Shown here one piece after another: positions 25,849-41,910 of a stretch of DNA of 64,000 nucleotides. The translations under genes and the position numbers were made by a program. Source of the stretch: Octopus sinensis (taxonomy: Eukaryota). The first letter of the stretch is position 1; every line of letters starts with the position of its first letter. The stretch is from the NCBI RefSeq assembly GCF_006345805.1, contig NC_043009.1, forward strand, positions 39,060,001-39,124,000, written 5' to 3'. The notes under the pieces are model-generated. The model made no database searches. It was not told the origin of the DNA and was given only the letters and a program-made list of their open reading frames with translations.

Positions 25849-27361
25849 TATATTCTTGATGTTTGACTTAACAGAGATATCTTCGCTTTTGATAATGTAA
25901 AATAGAGAAGTAACGCACACACATTGCTTATTAATTCTACTGAGTTTACATTTCATATGGCCATCGTTTCTGTTTACATTTCTAGCTCTTTTAGTAGTGA
26001 ATGCCTTTAATCTCAACTTTTTATCTCTGTATAGTTTTTCTTTGTTTGATAGTTTATATTTTAATAGTAATATATCAAAATTTTTGACTATGTTACTTTT
26101 CTTCCATTGAAAGCTATGTATTAAATTTCATAATATCAAATAATTTTAAAATGTTGATGCATATTCCTTACAACTATATCTTTACAGAAAAGACACGTGC
26201 TAATTAGTTAACGGTTCAATCAATTAAGACATGTAATTATACTAATTACTCGTACATATTTCCTTCTAGATGACGTTTTAATCGGGTCTATCATATGCCG
26301 GCATCAAATAACGACAGCCTCTGAATATATATTTTTATAATTTAAAATGTGTGCTGAAGCAAATGTATTAAGTGGGACACTTTCATAAAGTTAAAGCGCA
26401 TAGATGGTGATGTACAGAATGATGTACACAAAAATGTTATAATGATTTGAAAATTGCCTTTATTTATAAAGAGAAAGCATAAATCAGACATCAGATGATG
26501 GCGAGCTTTAGGGGAGGTAATCGCATGGAAAACTACCGTATTTATGGTATCAAAGACATACGTGCTTACAATATGCTCTCCAATTTCAGCAACGCATATT
26601 CAGGAGGAAAAATATTTAGAGCATTGAAGATTATTAGAAGCCCAACAGCACACCTATACAAACGTCTTTTTTGTGATCGAATATGCAATTTATTCATGAT
26701 TGGAGGTGTGGTGTCTAATTTTTGTTAGAAGGTATGGCGACAGGCATAGTCGGGGTTTCTATCTTATTAGTCCTTACAAACAAATCACATACCTTCCGAG
26801 AAGAGTATAGAGATTTTAACAAGTAGAAAAATAGATAGGAAGAACTTTAGTCTGTATAATTTGCATAATTACAAATTACAATACATCAGCTAAGAATAAT
26901 TGTGTAAGTTGGTTAATAGCGTGAATTTTTAAAATTAGGGTAGCTAGTGATTTACTAAATGACAGACGCAGAAAAATTCCCAGTTTTAATATATTCTCGT
27001 GCCACAGTGAAATTTATATTCATCATGCACACTATACACAGCATATTCATAGATATTATATACCTATCCCATTAAACGAGAAACGATAAACAATTTCTAA
27101 CATATGCATATAATGTATTTTTATATAAACTTATATATTTTCTTTCACACACTGAAAGATATAATAAAATTCAGTAACCTCGATAACCCCGCCCTCTTTC
27201 TTCTAATACTACGGATACCTCAATATCGACCCGAAAATTATTGATTTGTTAGAAGGAAAACAAAACTGAGCATGCAATGTAAATGGCTATTTGGAAATAT
27301 TTCAAAACCTACCTAGTTGCCGTTGAACTAAAATGTACATTCATACCTACATATCAATATA

Positions 27362-27406
<45 letters not shown>

Positions 27407-27929
27407 TACACCCATACATATATGTATATATATATATATATAATATATATATATTATATATATATATATATATACATATATACATTATAGATCATATATA
27501 TACATATATAGGCATACATACCTATATATCAATATATATATATATATATACATATAATACATACATACGTACATTCATAATGCATACAGCATACATGAAA
27601 ATACCCATAAATATGGGTGCATAGATACATGTATCCTTTCATATGTTTAGATACACATGTGAGTAAATTTACTCACACACACGCACATGCACATGCACAC
27701 ACGCGGACACGTGCACACATACACACAGATACATATTCATTCATTTATTCATTCATTCATTCATATGTGCGTGTAAAATAAGTCTGCGTGTCTGTGTAAT
27801 CTGTTATTGTTTAGTATGTGGTAGTAAACGATAGATTATTCAATGCAAGTCTATATTAGAAATATGTATTTTCACTATATATTTTTTACCATATATAGGA
27901 TAGACTGTTTACATTACTGCACCTAAAAA

Positions 27930-30385
27930 TTCATTCTATTGCCCTTATGGTCAACCGTACTCATTAACAATCTCAAAGAAAACGAGCCGTGCATAATCTG
28001 AAGTACTATCAGCTGTAAGGTCTACATCACGAACATTTAATTCCGTATATGCAATTATGTAACCTTGTAAAAGAGAAACACACACTGTGCAAAACCTATG
28101 ACATTTCAAATTAGATAACTTACCCGTATTCTAGGTTTTACGCGATCTGTTTCTGGCAGTGAACATCTTCAAACTCAATACCCTTTAGAAAGTACTACAT
28201 TTCAGACTGAAACTATTTCTTTATGCATTTCTTTTCACATGCCAACGATCTATCTGCTGTTACCTATAATATCAAATTGTATTCTGACTACACTTCCGCG
28301 ACATCCCGCATAATCATTGCATGGAATCCTTCAAACCACTCATCAAGGTTTTTCGCGATTAGTTGTCCCATAAATGTGCAAGGAAGACCTACACGGATCT
28401 AAAACAAATTTTGTAAAACTACTCGAAAATTTATATAACAGAACACTCTTACGCCTGATACATGCTGCAAGATATCCCATCTCCTTAGATTTAGCAGTTC
28501 TATCAAGGTCGTTGTCTATAGAACGTCTTGAAATTTTCAGATAAGGCCCAGTTCAGCAAAATTGCTTACCAAAATTGTTCTGTAACTAGAATATCTCGTA
28601 GATCCACATTACGCTCTTTACATGTTATTTTACAAAATGCACACATGCACGCACACACATTCACTCATATGCACACACACATGCACACTTGTTTGTCAAA
28701 ATCCTTCCAAACACCCTTTTGTTATCTAATCAATCTCACCATATGAAATACTTATAAGGCGAGTAAAGAAACACTCCCGGTTATTTCACACAGGCGAAGA
28801 CAACAGTTCAGGTAATGTCTCTTTCGCCACATTTAAACGGAGCTTAGTCATCGCCAGACGCTCCCTCTATAGGAATCGATCTCACACTTTGGAAATATTT
28901 GCGTTCCATCACCAAGATGTGCAACATCCATGGCCTCCGCCAAGAACAATTTATCACTCTTACTTTCTTTATCGCAAAAGTAAAGGAAACAATATTATTA
29001 AGAATATTATTGTCTAACACGTTTAGTTCCTTCTATTCCTTTGTGTGAACATCAGTGTAATTTATATAAAACTTAGACACGGTTCCCTTGTTTCAATACT
29101 TGCTGATTCCAAGTCCTTGGGAAGTCCAGTGAAAGCAATAACCTTGGACATAACATCGGCAAAACACCTCACACGAGTAATTTTGGCTGATTTTCTCGAT
29201 TATCTACTTCATCAATATCTCTTCTCCTAGATCGGGCATTTCCGGTAAGACCGATTACACCACCTCATGTGTGTTGCCAGGAGAGTCTCTGATCCCGAGT
29301 CTTTCAGAACAAGAGCGCAGTAAGTGCCAGTGTCCTCACAGTTTCTTCTCTATATTAATTATTTGCTTGGGTTCAGATCTCAGAAGATTCATTCTGAATG
29401 GAAGGGCATCACACTTCATACTCTCTCAACTTACGCACGTAGAACACATAAATTAACAATACAGGCATAATAGACAAAGCAGTTACCGATGTGATCAGGA
29501 AAACCTGATAGCTTGTTATCATTATCTCCAATTTTGAACCAAACATTAAAAAAATACCACAAAGCCGGTAGAAACGGTAAAAACTAAGCACTCGCAATTA
29601 TCGACAACTTTTCCTGGTGATACCATATGAATAACATAAACAAGGCAGTATTCCAAACACTTACTCTCAAAATCTACATAATTTCGGCTTTGATTATTTG
29701 CTATATTTTAGCCCTATACAACTCCGAACAAAGGCTCAATATAAAGTACTGATCGCTCATGTTTGAGAGTGCTTCTGTTACTTGTAAACATGTGAGAACA
29801 CTTCCAATTAAAAAGCTATCCAACCGACCGACTGATTAGCAAATGGTCTCCCACTAATATAATATTCCATAAATTCTGATCTATTGGCAAGCTATGCATC
29901 CGACTGATAGGCAAATATTCACTTGCTCAGTGTCTTGTTCACAGATAAACTATTCGTCCGGCTGATCGGCGAATACTCATTCACTAACATCCTACAGATT
30001 CTGGCCCTTGGACAAGCTACCCTCCCGAATGATTACCAAAACACTCACTTATATACCACACAACACACAGACAAGCTTCTCCTAATATTGTCTATTCTAT
30101 TGCACATATAATGGTCTTCGCTTCTCTGAATTATCTACTTCAGCTCCTCCTCATCTCAATCCCATTTCTCTTCGTGTTACTCGTGATGTCCTTCAGCTGT
30201 AAACCCTACAATAACCACAATCCCACACTCAATTCCCCCTCACCGACATCAACGTCAACGTTCTGGAATTCTCAACGTACCCACGTTTTCCCTGCAGACA
30301 TCGACTTACAGATGTTCAAGCCAAATATAATCGATCAATGTTACCAGTCTCATAGGAAATGTAAAGGTCACAGGTTTCTTTCCTT
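27930..30385 (-). pseudogene. Possible very old RTE-like LINE relic
   Basis: Weak colinear remnants on the minus strand: TLIDYIW (APE end, ~30315), a YADD-like Y.DNDLDRTAKSKE (~28510) and VKPRIRV..MHGS (~28130-28000). Spacing fits an APE-RT ORF, but the motifs are heavily degraded. Confidence 0.4.
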
Positions 30386-30629
30386 CTTCCTGACTAAACA
30401 ATACAATGCAATATACATAAATAAATACATACATATATATATATATATATATGTGTGTGTGGTGTGTGTGTATGTGTGTGTGTGTGTGTGTATGTGTATG
30501 CACGTATATATAAATGTGTATGTATACACACACACACACACACATATATATAAATACACACAAATATATTATTGTATGTGTGCCCATACATATCGTTATA
30601 TTTAAATCTATCTCTACGTATATATACAT

Positions 30630-30678
<49 letters not shown>

Positions 30679-31428
30679 GCATACATGCATATATTATGTA
30701 CATGCACACACACACTAGCAATTCTCCTAGACGTTGCCCGGGTGTTATGACCTACACCACCAGAATCGGCACACGAGGTGTATGAGGCAAATAAGATGTT
30801 ATTTGCTTCATATGATCAATCAAATTTTTGAAGGTGATACCACATCATGGCGACAGTCGAAAGATTAAATCCACTAAAATATTGTTTAAAGACTTTATGG
30901 GTTAAAATGTCTGTACATTATCAGGAACGTAGTGTAAATTATAAGCAGTGATCATTTCGAAGAATGATAATTCTCGGTGGTGAATTCAAACAAAAATTTA
31001 CGTAAGTAATTGGTATTTATTTCAATATAGACCTAGAAAAATTGCTATTTGGAAGAACTAAGGATACACAATATCTGAATTCATGGTATTTTAAGATAAA
31101 TATATCACTAGATAGCTAAGTACAGAGAGAGACAGAGAGAGAAAGAAGAAAAAATAGACAAATCAGTGAGGAATTTGGTAGGATGTTCGAAGTAGTGTTA
31201 GAAATTGTCTCAATCTGGAAAGCTCAGAAATCTTAGCAAAATTACTGGAGCTCTGTAATCGACGCACCTCTCTCCCCCCTCTCTCTCTATATATATATAT
31301 ACATATACATATATATATATATGTATATATAGGTGAGAAAGTTGGTGTGTGATATACATACATATATATATATATATCTGTGTTTATAAAAGCATATACA
31401 TGCACACATAATTATATATATATGTATA

Positions 31429-31474
<46 letters not shown>

Positions 31475-31481
31475 ATATATG

Positions 31482-31568
<87 letters not shown>

Positions 31569-31869
31569 ATGAACTTGACATCCGTTTTTTTTTATTTTCA
31601 TTTATTTCCTTAGATTAAAATCAACCAGAGGAAGGTCCTTATAAGATTCTGAAATTTGTAATAATACCAGCATAATTCCCCACTCCTGCTAATATTGCAC
31701 TATGTTGTCTTCACCTTATCTGATATTAGTTTTACCGCGCTGTTTCCTATCCATACTTAAATATCAACTCTGCAAGGCAATATTAAGTGCTGTTTATTGA
31801 GAGCAATATGTTCACAGCTTAGAACTTAATGTTGCCTTCTTGGCACTATGTTTAGCCTTCTTGTGGAGA

Positions 31870-31903
<34 letters not shown>

Positions 31904-32544
31904 CATTATTATTATTTATTTTTCTCTTTTAATTAATCTTTTAATCTCAAATAATAAATCGAGTCATTGCACATTCCCAATGAACATCTTATCGGTAGCC
32001 ATGTTCATAATATGGTTGACTTTAACATCTTCCTATCAGGCAGCAGTTGACTTGAGGATTTTCGCTTGGGTTATTAATACTCAATACAATTTGACCGAAA
32101 TTGATTCTATGAATTGATTCAATGAGATATTTCTCAATTGATTTTCTACGCCGGCTCATCGAATGATCAGTAAAAATAATATGAAGAAGAGAGATCCTTT
32201 ATCATAAAACATCTATTCATAAAAAGAAAAAAAAGAATTGTAAATAAATCCTCATAATGGTTTATAGCCATTTTGGTTTCAATGGATGGTAGTGATACTA
32301 TCAAAACAAGTTGGTATTTCTCATATACAGTGACATATTGGATTTATATGTTAGTATCATCCTAGTAGTTATATATGCAGTAATACATACATACATGTAT
32401 ATATACATATATATATCTTTATATCAAACTAAGCAACAAAGATATCCAGAGGTAATGCAGTACGATCGTTTCATGCAACTCTATTTAATTAAACAATGCA
32501 ATATTTAAATTATCAGCTGCACATAACTTTATATATATATATAT

Positions 32545-33051
32545 GAATTTGAAGCAGTGTTAGTGTTGTAAACATTATCGTCCACATATATGCAATTTGA
32601 TTCTTCACCTGTAGGCTGCGATTTAACGCGGTAGGAGTGATTCCTTCAAAGCGTCGGGTGTTAAAACATTTGAACGTCACATAGACTGGCCAGAAAACTC
32701 GCCCTAAATACAAATCAGGAGCGCCGGATATGAATGTTTCGGTATTTTGCGGCTTTTATGTATGCACATAGTTCTCTACGTGCTCTCTCTCTCTCGTCCT
32801 TTCTCTCTACCTATTAATCTGTATATATATCCACAATATTCATAGGCACATGCATACATGCATATTAATGTGAAGTTGTATATAGAAACAATTTAAAATT
32901 AAGCTGAAGAATTACTCAGAACTTCTTAGTAGAGTACTTATTCATTCTTACATGAAAAATGTTTAACATTGAATTTAAAGTTTCGGGTCACCATCCACCA
33001 TCACGTAAACCCTATCGACGGTCGGTAAACTTAAATATCGCTTTCACTACC

Positions 33052-33105
<54 letters not shown>

Positions 33106-33970
33106 TGTGTGTGTGTGTGAGTGAAAGTGTGTGTGTGTGTTTTTTTTTATAAATACATAAACAAACCCATATAGATGATGATAGCACCACATGAAATTCT
33201 GAAGTAGTCACCTACCTACGTACTAACAAGGTTTCATATAGTCTAACTCCAGTGCTCCGACGAAAACCGGTGCTTTTAATGTTATATATATCATTGCTAT
33301 TATGTTAAACTGTCGTATTTCCAAATTTTGCCAAATGCGTTTCTTTCAACACTTATTTTTGGTCAAGATATCTACAATTTTCAAAGTGCATTGCACTATT
33401 TTTACACTGTTTTTCCTTTTCTGAAAAAAGCAACGGTTTGGTCTAATATATATATATATATATATGAATTTGAAGCAGTGTTAGTGTTGTAAACATTATC
33501 GTCCACAGATATGCAATTTGATTCTTCACTGTAGGCTGCGATTTAACGCGGTAGGAGTGATTCCTTCAAAGCGTCGGGTGTTAAAACATTTGAACGTCAC
33601 ATAGACTGGCCAGAAAACTCGCCCTAAATACAAATCAGGAGCGCCGGATATGAATGTTTCGGTATTTTGCGGCTTTTATGTATGCACATAGTTCTCTACG
33701 TGCTCTCTCTCTCTCGTCCTTTCTCTCTACCTATTAATCTGTATATATATCCACATATATTCATAGGCACATGCATACATGCATATTAATGTGAAGTTGT
33801 ATATAGAAACAATTTAAAATTAAGCTGAAGAATTACTCAGAACTTCTTAGTAGAGTACTTATTCATTCTTACATGAAAAATGTTTAACATTGAATTTAAA
33901 GTTTCTGGTCACCATCCACCATCACGTAAACCCTATCGACGGTCGGTAAACTTAAATATCGCTTTCACTA

Positions 33971-34067
<97 letters not shown>

Positions 34068-34390
34068 TGAAAGTGTGTGTGTGTGTTTTTTTTTATAAAT
34101 ACATAAACAAACCCATATAGATGATGATAGCACCACATGAAATTCTGAAGCAGTCACCTACCTACGTACTAACAAGGTTTCATATAGTCTAACTCCAGTG
34201 CTCCGACGAAAACCGGTGCTTTTAATGTTATATATATCATTGCTATTATGTTAAACTGTCGTATTTCCAAATTTTGCCAAATGCGTTTCTTTCAACACTT
34301 ATTTTTGGTCAAGATATCTACAATTTTCAAAGTGCATTGCACTATTTTTACACTGTTTTTCCTTTTCTGAAAAAAGCAACGGTTTGGTCT
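32545..34390. repeat. Tandem duplication, 2 x ~0.9 kb, junctions in (TA)n
   Basis: 32545-33444 vs 33466-34390: about 3 substitutions and 2 indels seen, plus microsatellite length differences. Confidence 0.97.
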
Positions 34391-34475
34391 AATATATATA
34401 TATATATATATATAACTCAAAGATTTTCCAACTTTGTTTTATAACATAATATAGTATAATATAATGAAATGTTAC

Positions 34476-35314
34476 AAATTTCCATTCTGATTGAACTAGT
34501 ACCTTCAGGCATTCAAGTATGCCATCTTCAGGTTCATGTAGTAGTGGTGGCAGCTGTGTTTTACAATTTACAACTGTAGTGAGATGGCTAAAATGTGTGC
34601 CTTTTGTATAGGCTCCAGAATGTGAAGTTTTGCAAACTGTGTTCTGACCAACCAGTGTGTGGCTTAACTAAATTACTAAAGTTGATTGGTGTTTTTGTTC
34701 AGGTGTCACAGTTTGTTGAATATGTCAAGAGATCTGCTATCACCACCACCATTAACAGCAGCAACAATACTAAAGGTTCTCATGATGACGATATCAGGAA
34801 TATACGATGTCAAGAGAAAAGTCAGTAAAGATAATATTATTTTGGGTTTAAAGTTCTATTACTACAGCTACTCCTACCACCACTGCCATTACCACCGCCC
34901 TCACCACCACCACTAACACGACGAACGACAACAATAAAAGTGATGATAAAAGTGATGATGATAAATGAAATGTAAAAATCCCTGGGAAATGTTAACATTT
35001 CTAAAAATAGCCAAACAATAACTGCTTTCGCCAGCCTCAAAATACAAATAACTTGACATGTTTAATAAACTGTGACGCCTAAACCAAATACCATTCAACT
35101 TAAATAATTTAGTTAAGGCCCACACACTGATTGGTCAGTAAACAGTTTGCAAAACATCACATTCTGGAGCCTGTACAAATGTATTTAAGGCACACATTTT
35201 AGCCATATCACTACAGTTGTAAATTGTAAAAGATAACTGTCATTACGACTACATGAACCTAAAGATTGCATACTGTAATGCATGAAAGTACTAGTTCTAT
35301 CAGAATAGAAATTT
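34476..35314. repeat. Diverged ~255-bp inverted repeat (fold-back/MITE-like) with a ~320-bp spacer
   Basis: 34476-34729 aligns to the reverse complement of 35052-35314 (e.g. TTTTACAATTTACAACTGTAGTGA, GGCTCCAGAATGTGA, TTTTGCAAACTGT), roughly 80% identical by eye. Confidence 0.85.
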
Positions 35315-35414
35315 AAAGTTCTATCATTTCATGATACTATATTATTATAAGATTGTAAATAAAACGTGAAAATCTGTGAGTAATAATTCTTCTATACACA
35401 ACGGCACACACCTG

Positions 35415-35468
<54 letters not shown>

Positions 35469-35674
35469 TATATATATGATTTAACAGCTGAATTTAGAGA
35501 AGAGACCAGAATATAAGAAGGCATAGCTCAAGAAATACTTGCTCTGACTGCAGCCGACTGTAATTTCCATGATGATCTAGTATGTCACATTTCACATGTG
35601 TGTCCAAGAGGAAGACTTCGAGAGCACAGTGTAGAAACAAACATACTCTGCCTTTGTGCTCCAACAGATATATA

Positions 35675-36538
<864 letters not shown>

Positions 36539-36553
36539 TTATATATATATATT

Positions 36554-36615
<62 letters not shown>

Positions 36616-36960
36616 GTTATACATACATACAATATAAATGTACATGATCTCACATTTGTACTCCCATAGATATATAAATTTTTGCGTGTGAGTGCATGTG
36701 TGTGTGTTTGTGTGTATGTGTGTCTGTCTGTGTGTGTGTGAGTATATACATAAATGTACATATTGGTGGGGGATAGAATATAATCAGTGATCGATCAAGT
36801 TTTGTAAATCTTTTAAACAGTCTCATCCGTTATATTTTTACTTTCCATTATATAGACATACAGATACGTCTGTAAGTTTGTGTATTTATGAGTGTGCGTG
36901 TGTGCGTGTTTGCGTTCGCGCGCGTGTATGTGTGTGTGTGTGTTTTGGTGTGTGTGTGTG

Positions 36961-39256
36961 TACGTGCGCGTATGTGTCAGCCTGCTACTTATTCACCCTT
37001 CGTGCTTCTTGGTATGTAGAAGAAAGTTATTTCTCAACAACGCTACCAAACAACTTATAAGTGTTCGTTATTTTTTTTTTCTTTATACGCAAGCTCCCAA
37101 CTTTTAGTCGACTAAATTTGTATTTCCTACATTCTTCTTTCGTCACTATACAATGCATTCATACATTCCCACATTCCCTCATTCCCACATTACAACATTC
37201 TCCCATTGCCACCCCGTTTCTCTACTTTAGCTGCCTGTCAAAGAAAGAACTTTGACCTCCACTTTCATCCATCTCTGCAGCTTACACATTCATTGTACGT
37301 CTAATGCCACTCAGGTTGTATATAAGGAGCAGTGAAGCGTTTCGTAGCTGATGTCATTCGGAATCTCAACACATTAATTGTCAGTCAGAAACTGTTTATT
37401 TATCCTGTTTCTCCCAGCTTTGCTGGCTATCCTGCCAGCCAACCATACTTCTAGTCAACTTTTCACCGTTACATTTTCTTTAAATCTACACGCAAAAAGA
37501 AAATAACAGATGAATAAATATCAAAATTTAAAATCAAAATGGATTGCATACATGACTTCATAGTACCTTCATGATATTTCCCATATTTTAATTCATGATA
37601 TTTCCAATATTTTAATTCGTAATCTAATACTAGTAGCATGACTCAAACGGTTAATCTTAACTATGTCTATCATTAAGTTTTTGTTACTCTACCATCTTGT
37701 ATCAACGATAACAAAGGAAACTATTTATAACTCTAAACTACGTTCACACAAATAACCCAAATCTGTATTCTGTCCGTCCTACCGGCCTTCAACTGCTCGG
37801 AGTGAGTTGCTTTTTATAAATGTGTTTTCCAACTCAAATATCACATGACTGCATAATAATTACTGTCGTCATCGTGTGTGGAGGTTGGCATTGTATTTCC
37901 TCATTTCATCATTATTTAAGCTGAAAAAAAAAAAGCGACAAAATAGTTACCTGTTGTTAACTTAAATGCCAAGCACTTTAGCAAATATGCAAATGTGAAT
38001 ATATGTAATATATTCGCTTTAGTTTCAGTTCAGTCGCATTGCATGGTATCTGGAATTTTACAATTTTAACATAAACTCGATTTGAACAGCTTTTTTGAGT
38101 GTGTGTGTGTGGTGTGTGTGTGTGTACGTGCGCGTATGTGTCAGCCTGCTACTTATTCACCCTTCGTGCTTCTTGGTATGTAGAAGAAAGTTATTTCTCA
38201 ACAACGCTACCAAACAACTATAAGTGTTCGTTATTTTTTTTTCTTTATACGCAAGCTCCCAACTTTTAGTCGACTAAATTTGTATTTCCTACATTCTTCT
38301 TTCGTCACTATACAATGCATTCATACATTCCCACATTCCATCATTCCCACATTACAACATTCTCCCATTGCCACCCCGTTTCTCTACTTTAGCTGCCTGT
38401 CAAAGAAAGAACTTTGACCTCCACTTTCATCCATCTCTGCAGCTTACACATTCATTGTACGTCTAATGCCACTCAGGTTGTATATAAGGAGCAGTGAAGC
38501 GTTTCGTAGCTGATGTCATTCGGAATCTCAACACATTAATTGTCAGTCAGAAACTGTTTATTATCCTGTTTCTCCCAGCTTTGCTGGCTATCCTGCCAGC
38601 CAACCATACTTCTAGTCAACTTTTCACCGTTACATTTTCTTTAAATCTACACGCAAAAAGAAAATATCAGATGAATAAATATCAAAATTTAAAATCAAAA
38701 TGGATTGCATACATGACTTCATAGTACCTTCATGATATTTCCCATATTTTAATTCATGATATTTCCAATATTTTAATTCGTAATCTAATACTAGTAGCAT
38801 GACTCAAACGGTTAATCTTAACTATGTCTGTCATTAAGTTTTTGTTACTCTACCATCTTGTATCAACGATAACAAAGGAAACTATTTATAACTCTTAAAC
38901 TACGTTCACACAAATAACCCAAATCTGTATTCTGTCCGTCCTACCGGCCTTCAACTGCTCGGAGTGAGTTGCTTTTTATAAATGTATTTTCCAACTCAAA
39001 TATCACATGACTGCATAATAATTACTGTCGTCATCGTGTGTGGAGGTTGGCATTGTATTTCCTCATTTCCTCATTATTTAAGCTGAAAAAAAAAGCGACA
39101 AAATAGTTACCTGTTGTTAACTTAAATGCCAAGCACTTTAGCAAATATGCAAATGTGAATATATGTAATATATTCGCTTTAGTTTCAGTTCAGTCGCATT
39201 GCATGGTATCTGGAATTTTACAATTTTAACATAAACTCGATTTGAACAGCTTTTTT

Positions 39257-39260
<4 letters not shown>
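36961..39260. repeat. Tandem duplication, 2 x ~1.14 kb, junctions in (GT)n
   Basis: 36961-38100 vs 38125-39260: about 5 substitutions and several homopolymer indels seen. Confidence 0.97.
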
Positions 39261-39297
<37 letters not shown>

Positions 39298-41910
39298 CGA
39301 GTGTGTGCGAGTGTGTGTGTGTGTGTCTGTCTGTCTGTGTGTGTGTCTGTGTGTGATTGTATTTTATTGAGTATGACTTATACTTACATCTTGTATTGCG
39401 GCCTGGTTCGGGAGTTCCAGGTTTTGAGGAATCTTGATGCAACTCTTAGCTACTATCGTTCTCAGGTCTACACTGACCCGCGGTAGTAGCACCTTTCAAG
39501 GTTATTTAGCGTATCACAGAACTACCTCAGAAAGAAAGACGGCCATTCATAGACACTCCATGAACCCATGGTAGCTGAAACCCTTCGGCTCTTTGGCGGC
39601 TCGTTTAAGAGAAGGTAACACCATACAAATCCTGCATTCTGATAACTACTGTGCTCATGCCACTTGTAGCACAAGGCCAATACAAGCTAGAGGAACGAGA
39701 GATTGGGACTAGTTCCTCACATCCCGCCCATTATGATATAACTCTTTCTTCATAGGTCTATCGGCGATAGGGAAAGAGATGAATGGGATAGGTAGAGGAT
39801 GCTGCAGGTAATTTTAGCTTTGACTCTGCACACAGGTGGGTTTAGGTTGATATAGAGCAGCTGTGTCGTTGCTGAATCTTCATTTGCCGAGGTGATGAGA
39901 GAGGCCAATATATATTTTCATGTACACATACAAACACAATATCCGTTTATAAGAGCCGTCACTCGCAAGCGAATATGACATGCTGGCAAGTACCATTCAT
40001 TCCCTACTTGGTTAAGGCACATACATAGCCGCAACCAAATATGGCGGGCCTCTACACTCTTTCGGTCAACAAAATACATTTGAAGGAGGCAACTGTCTGA
40101 CTTAACGCGCTCAGAGGGAACGAACCTGGAATCAATATTGTTGTGAAGCGAACTTCTTAACCACATTTCTTTTACTGATATATTCAAGTAGGTTGCATTT
40201 AGAACAAAAGAACGTCGGTTCAATGAAGTTGTAGCATACTTTTACCATTATGCAACGATTCATTCACTGTTTGTGCTTTTGTATAGCCTTTGTTAAATTT
40301 ACATACATTTATATATAATTCATAATATGTTTGTGAATGTAGACGTTTTGAATTACGACCGTTAAGAATATCTGCCGACTGTGAATTTCTAAAAACAGAA
40401 TTATAAATATATTTAGTTATATATAATGTTTTATCGATATTTCACGCTATCAGAATTATGTTGACATGTCGACAATTTAAACTTTGGTTTGTTATAAATC
40501 AAGAAAAAAAAATGCATAACTCTCTAAGTTACATTTTACTGTGTTTTATATTTATATTGTGCAAAGCGGGTATCGTTTAAGCGAAATACTGTATTTGTAT
40601 ACAAACAGAAGAGATGTGTATCTTAATAAAAATATCTTTTGAGAATCAATGAATGTAATATAGAGAGGAATCTTTTAAAACCTGTAGGACATTGATTGTG
40701 TTTATGAAAATAATCAATAACTCGAAACTAAGAACAAGGTAAGAGTCTGAAGCATGATTATAGAGCGGGATAAGCCAAGAAGCGTGTTGTGACTCGTTTA
40801 AATTAATACAACCTTGATTATATACAACACAGATGATGATAATGATAATCGATGACCTGTAATTTACTATATACGAACTACTTGTAGCTTTAAGGTGTTT
40901 CTAACGTTATTGGTCTGCTGATGATTATACGTTCCATGGAGCAACTTCTCCAGCAGGTGAACAGCATTGGTTGTCCTAGTAAACTGGGCGTCTCTAAATT
41001 GAATTTTTTCTTTTAATGTACTGGGCGTCTCTAAATTGGATTTCTTTTTTTAATGCACGGGGTGTCTGTAATCGTTTGCAAACAAAAATTTGACGCGAAG
41101 ACTAATAATATACAACGCAGTTTGTCTCTATATGCAAACATTTTATTTTATTTGTTATATTTTATTCAATTGTTCAAAGGCTAAATTCGCTTCCTCCACA
41201 TATAATGTTAAACGAAAATTTTGTGATTATTTTTACATTAATCTCTTATTCACCCTATGGTTATCACCTTTTATATCGAAACACTTATTAATTGCAAAAC
41301 AAAAGGATTACTTCCTGTTTAGAGTGTGGCATACACAGAAATAATTGTTCTAAACTATTGTAGGTGTCATTTTGAAGTCCCGAAAATTTATACTTACACA
41401 CACACATACTCACATACACACACACACATACACACATACACCAAAGCATTTACATACATATACACATATATCCATACGCAAACACACACTCATATATATA
41501 CACACACACGTACACAAGTACACACGCATTCACACATAAACACCCACCCACCCACACATGTACGTATACACACACACACAAACCCTCGCACGCGCACACA
41601 CATGCAGTAATGATAAAATAAACACACAAAGCGAAGCTGGGGTTTTTTCCTCAATGCATCTGGGTAATTTAACATTGTACGTTGGAAAACAATCAAAAAC
41701 AAAGCTCGCCCAAAGGTCTTATACAGACCGCATAGGGAATGAGAGCGGGTATATTGTAGTATCTTGCTACGGCCTCGTGGCCGGAGTGCATATTGGGGAG
41801 GGTGGTTAAGTTTCTGTATGAGTATGCGCATGTACATGCACGTGTGTGTGTGTGTGTGTCTGCATGTGCATGTGTGAGTGTGTGTGTGTGTGTGCGTTGC
41901 CTATGCGACT

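Noticed and set aside
26495-26728. 77-aa non-repetitive ORF
   Set aside because: It has no recognisable motif and its length is within chance expectation.
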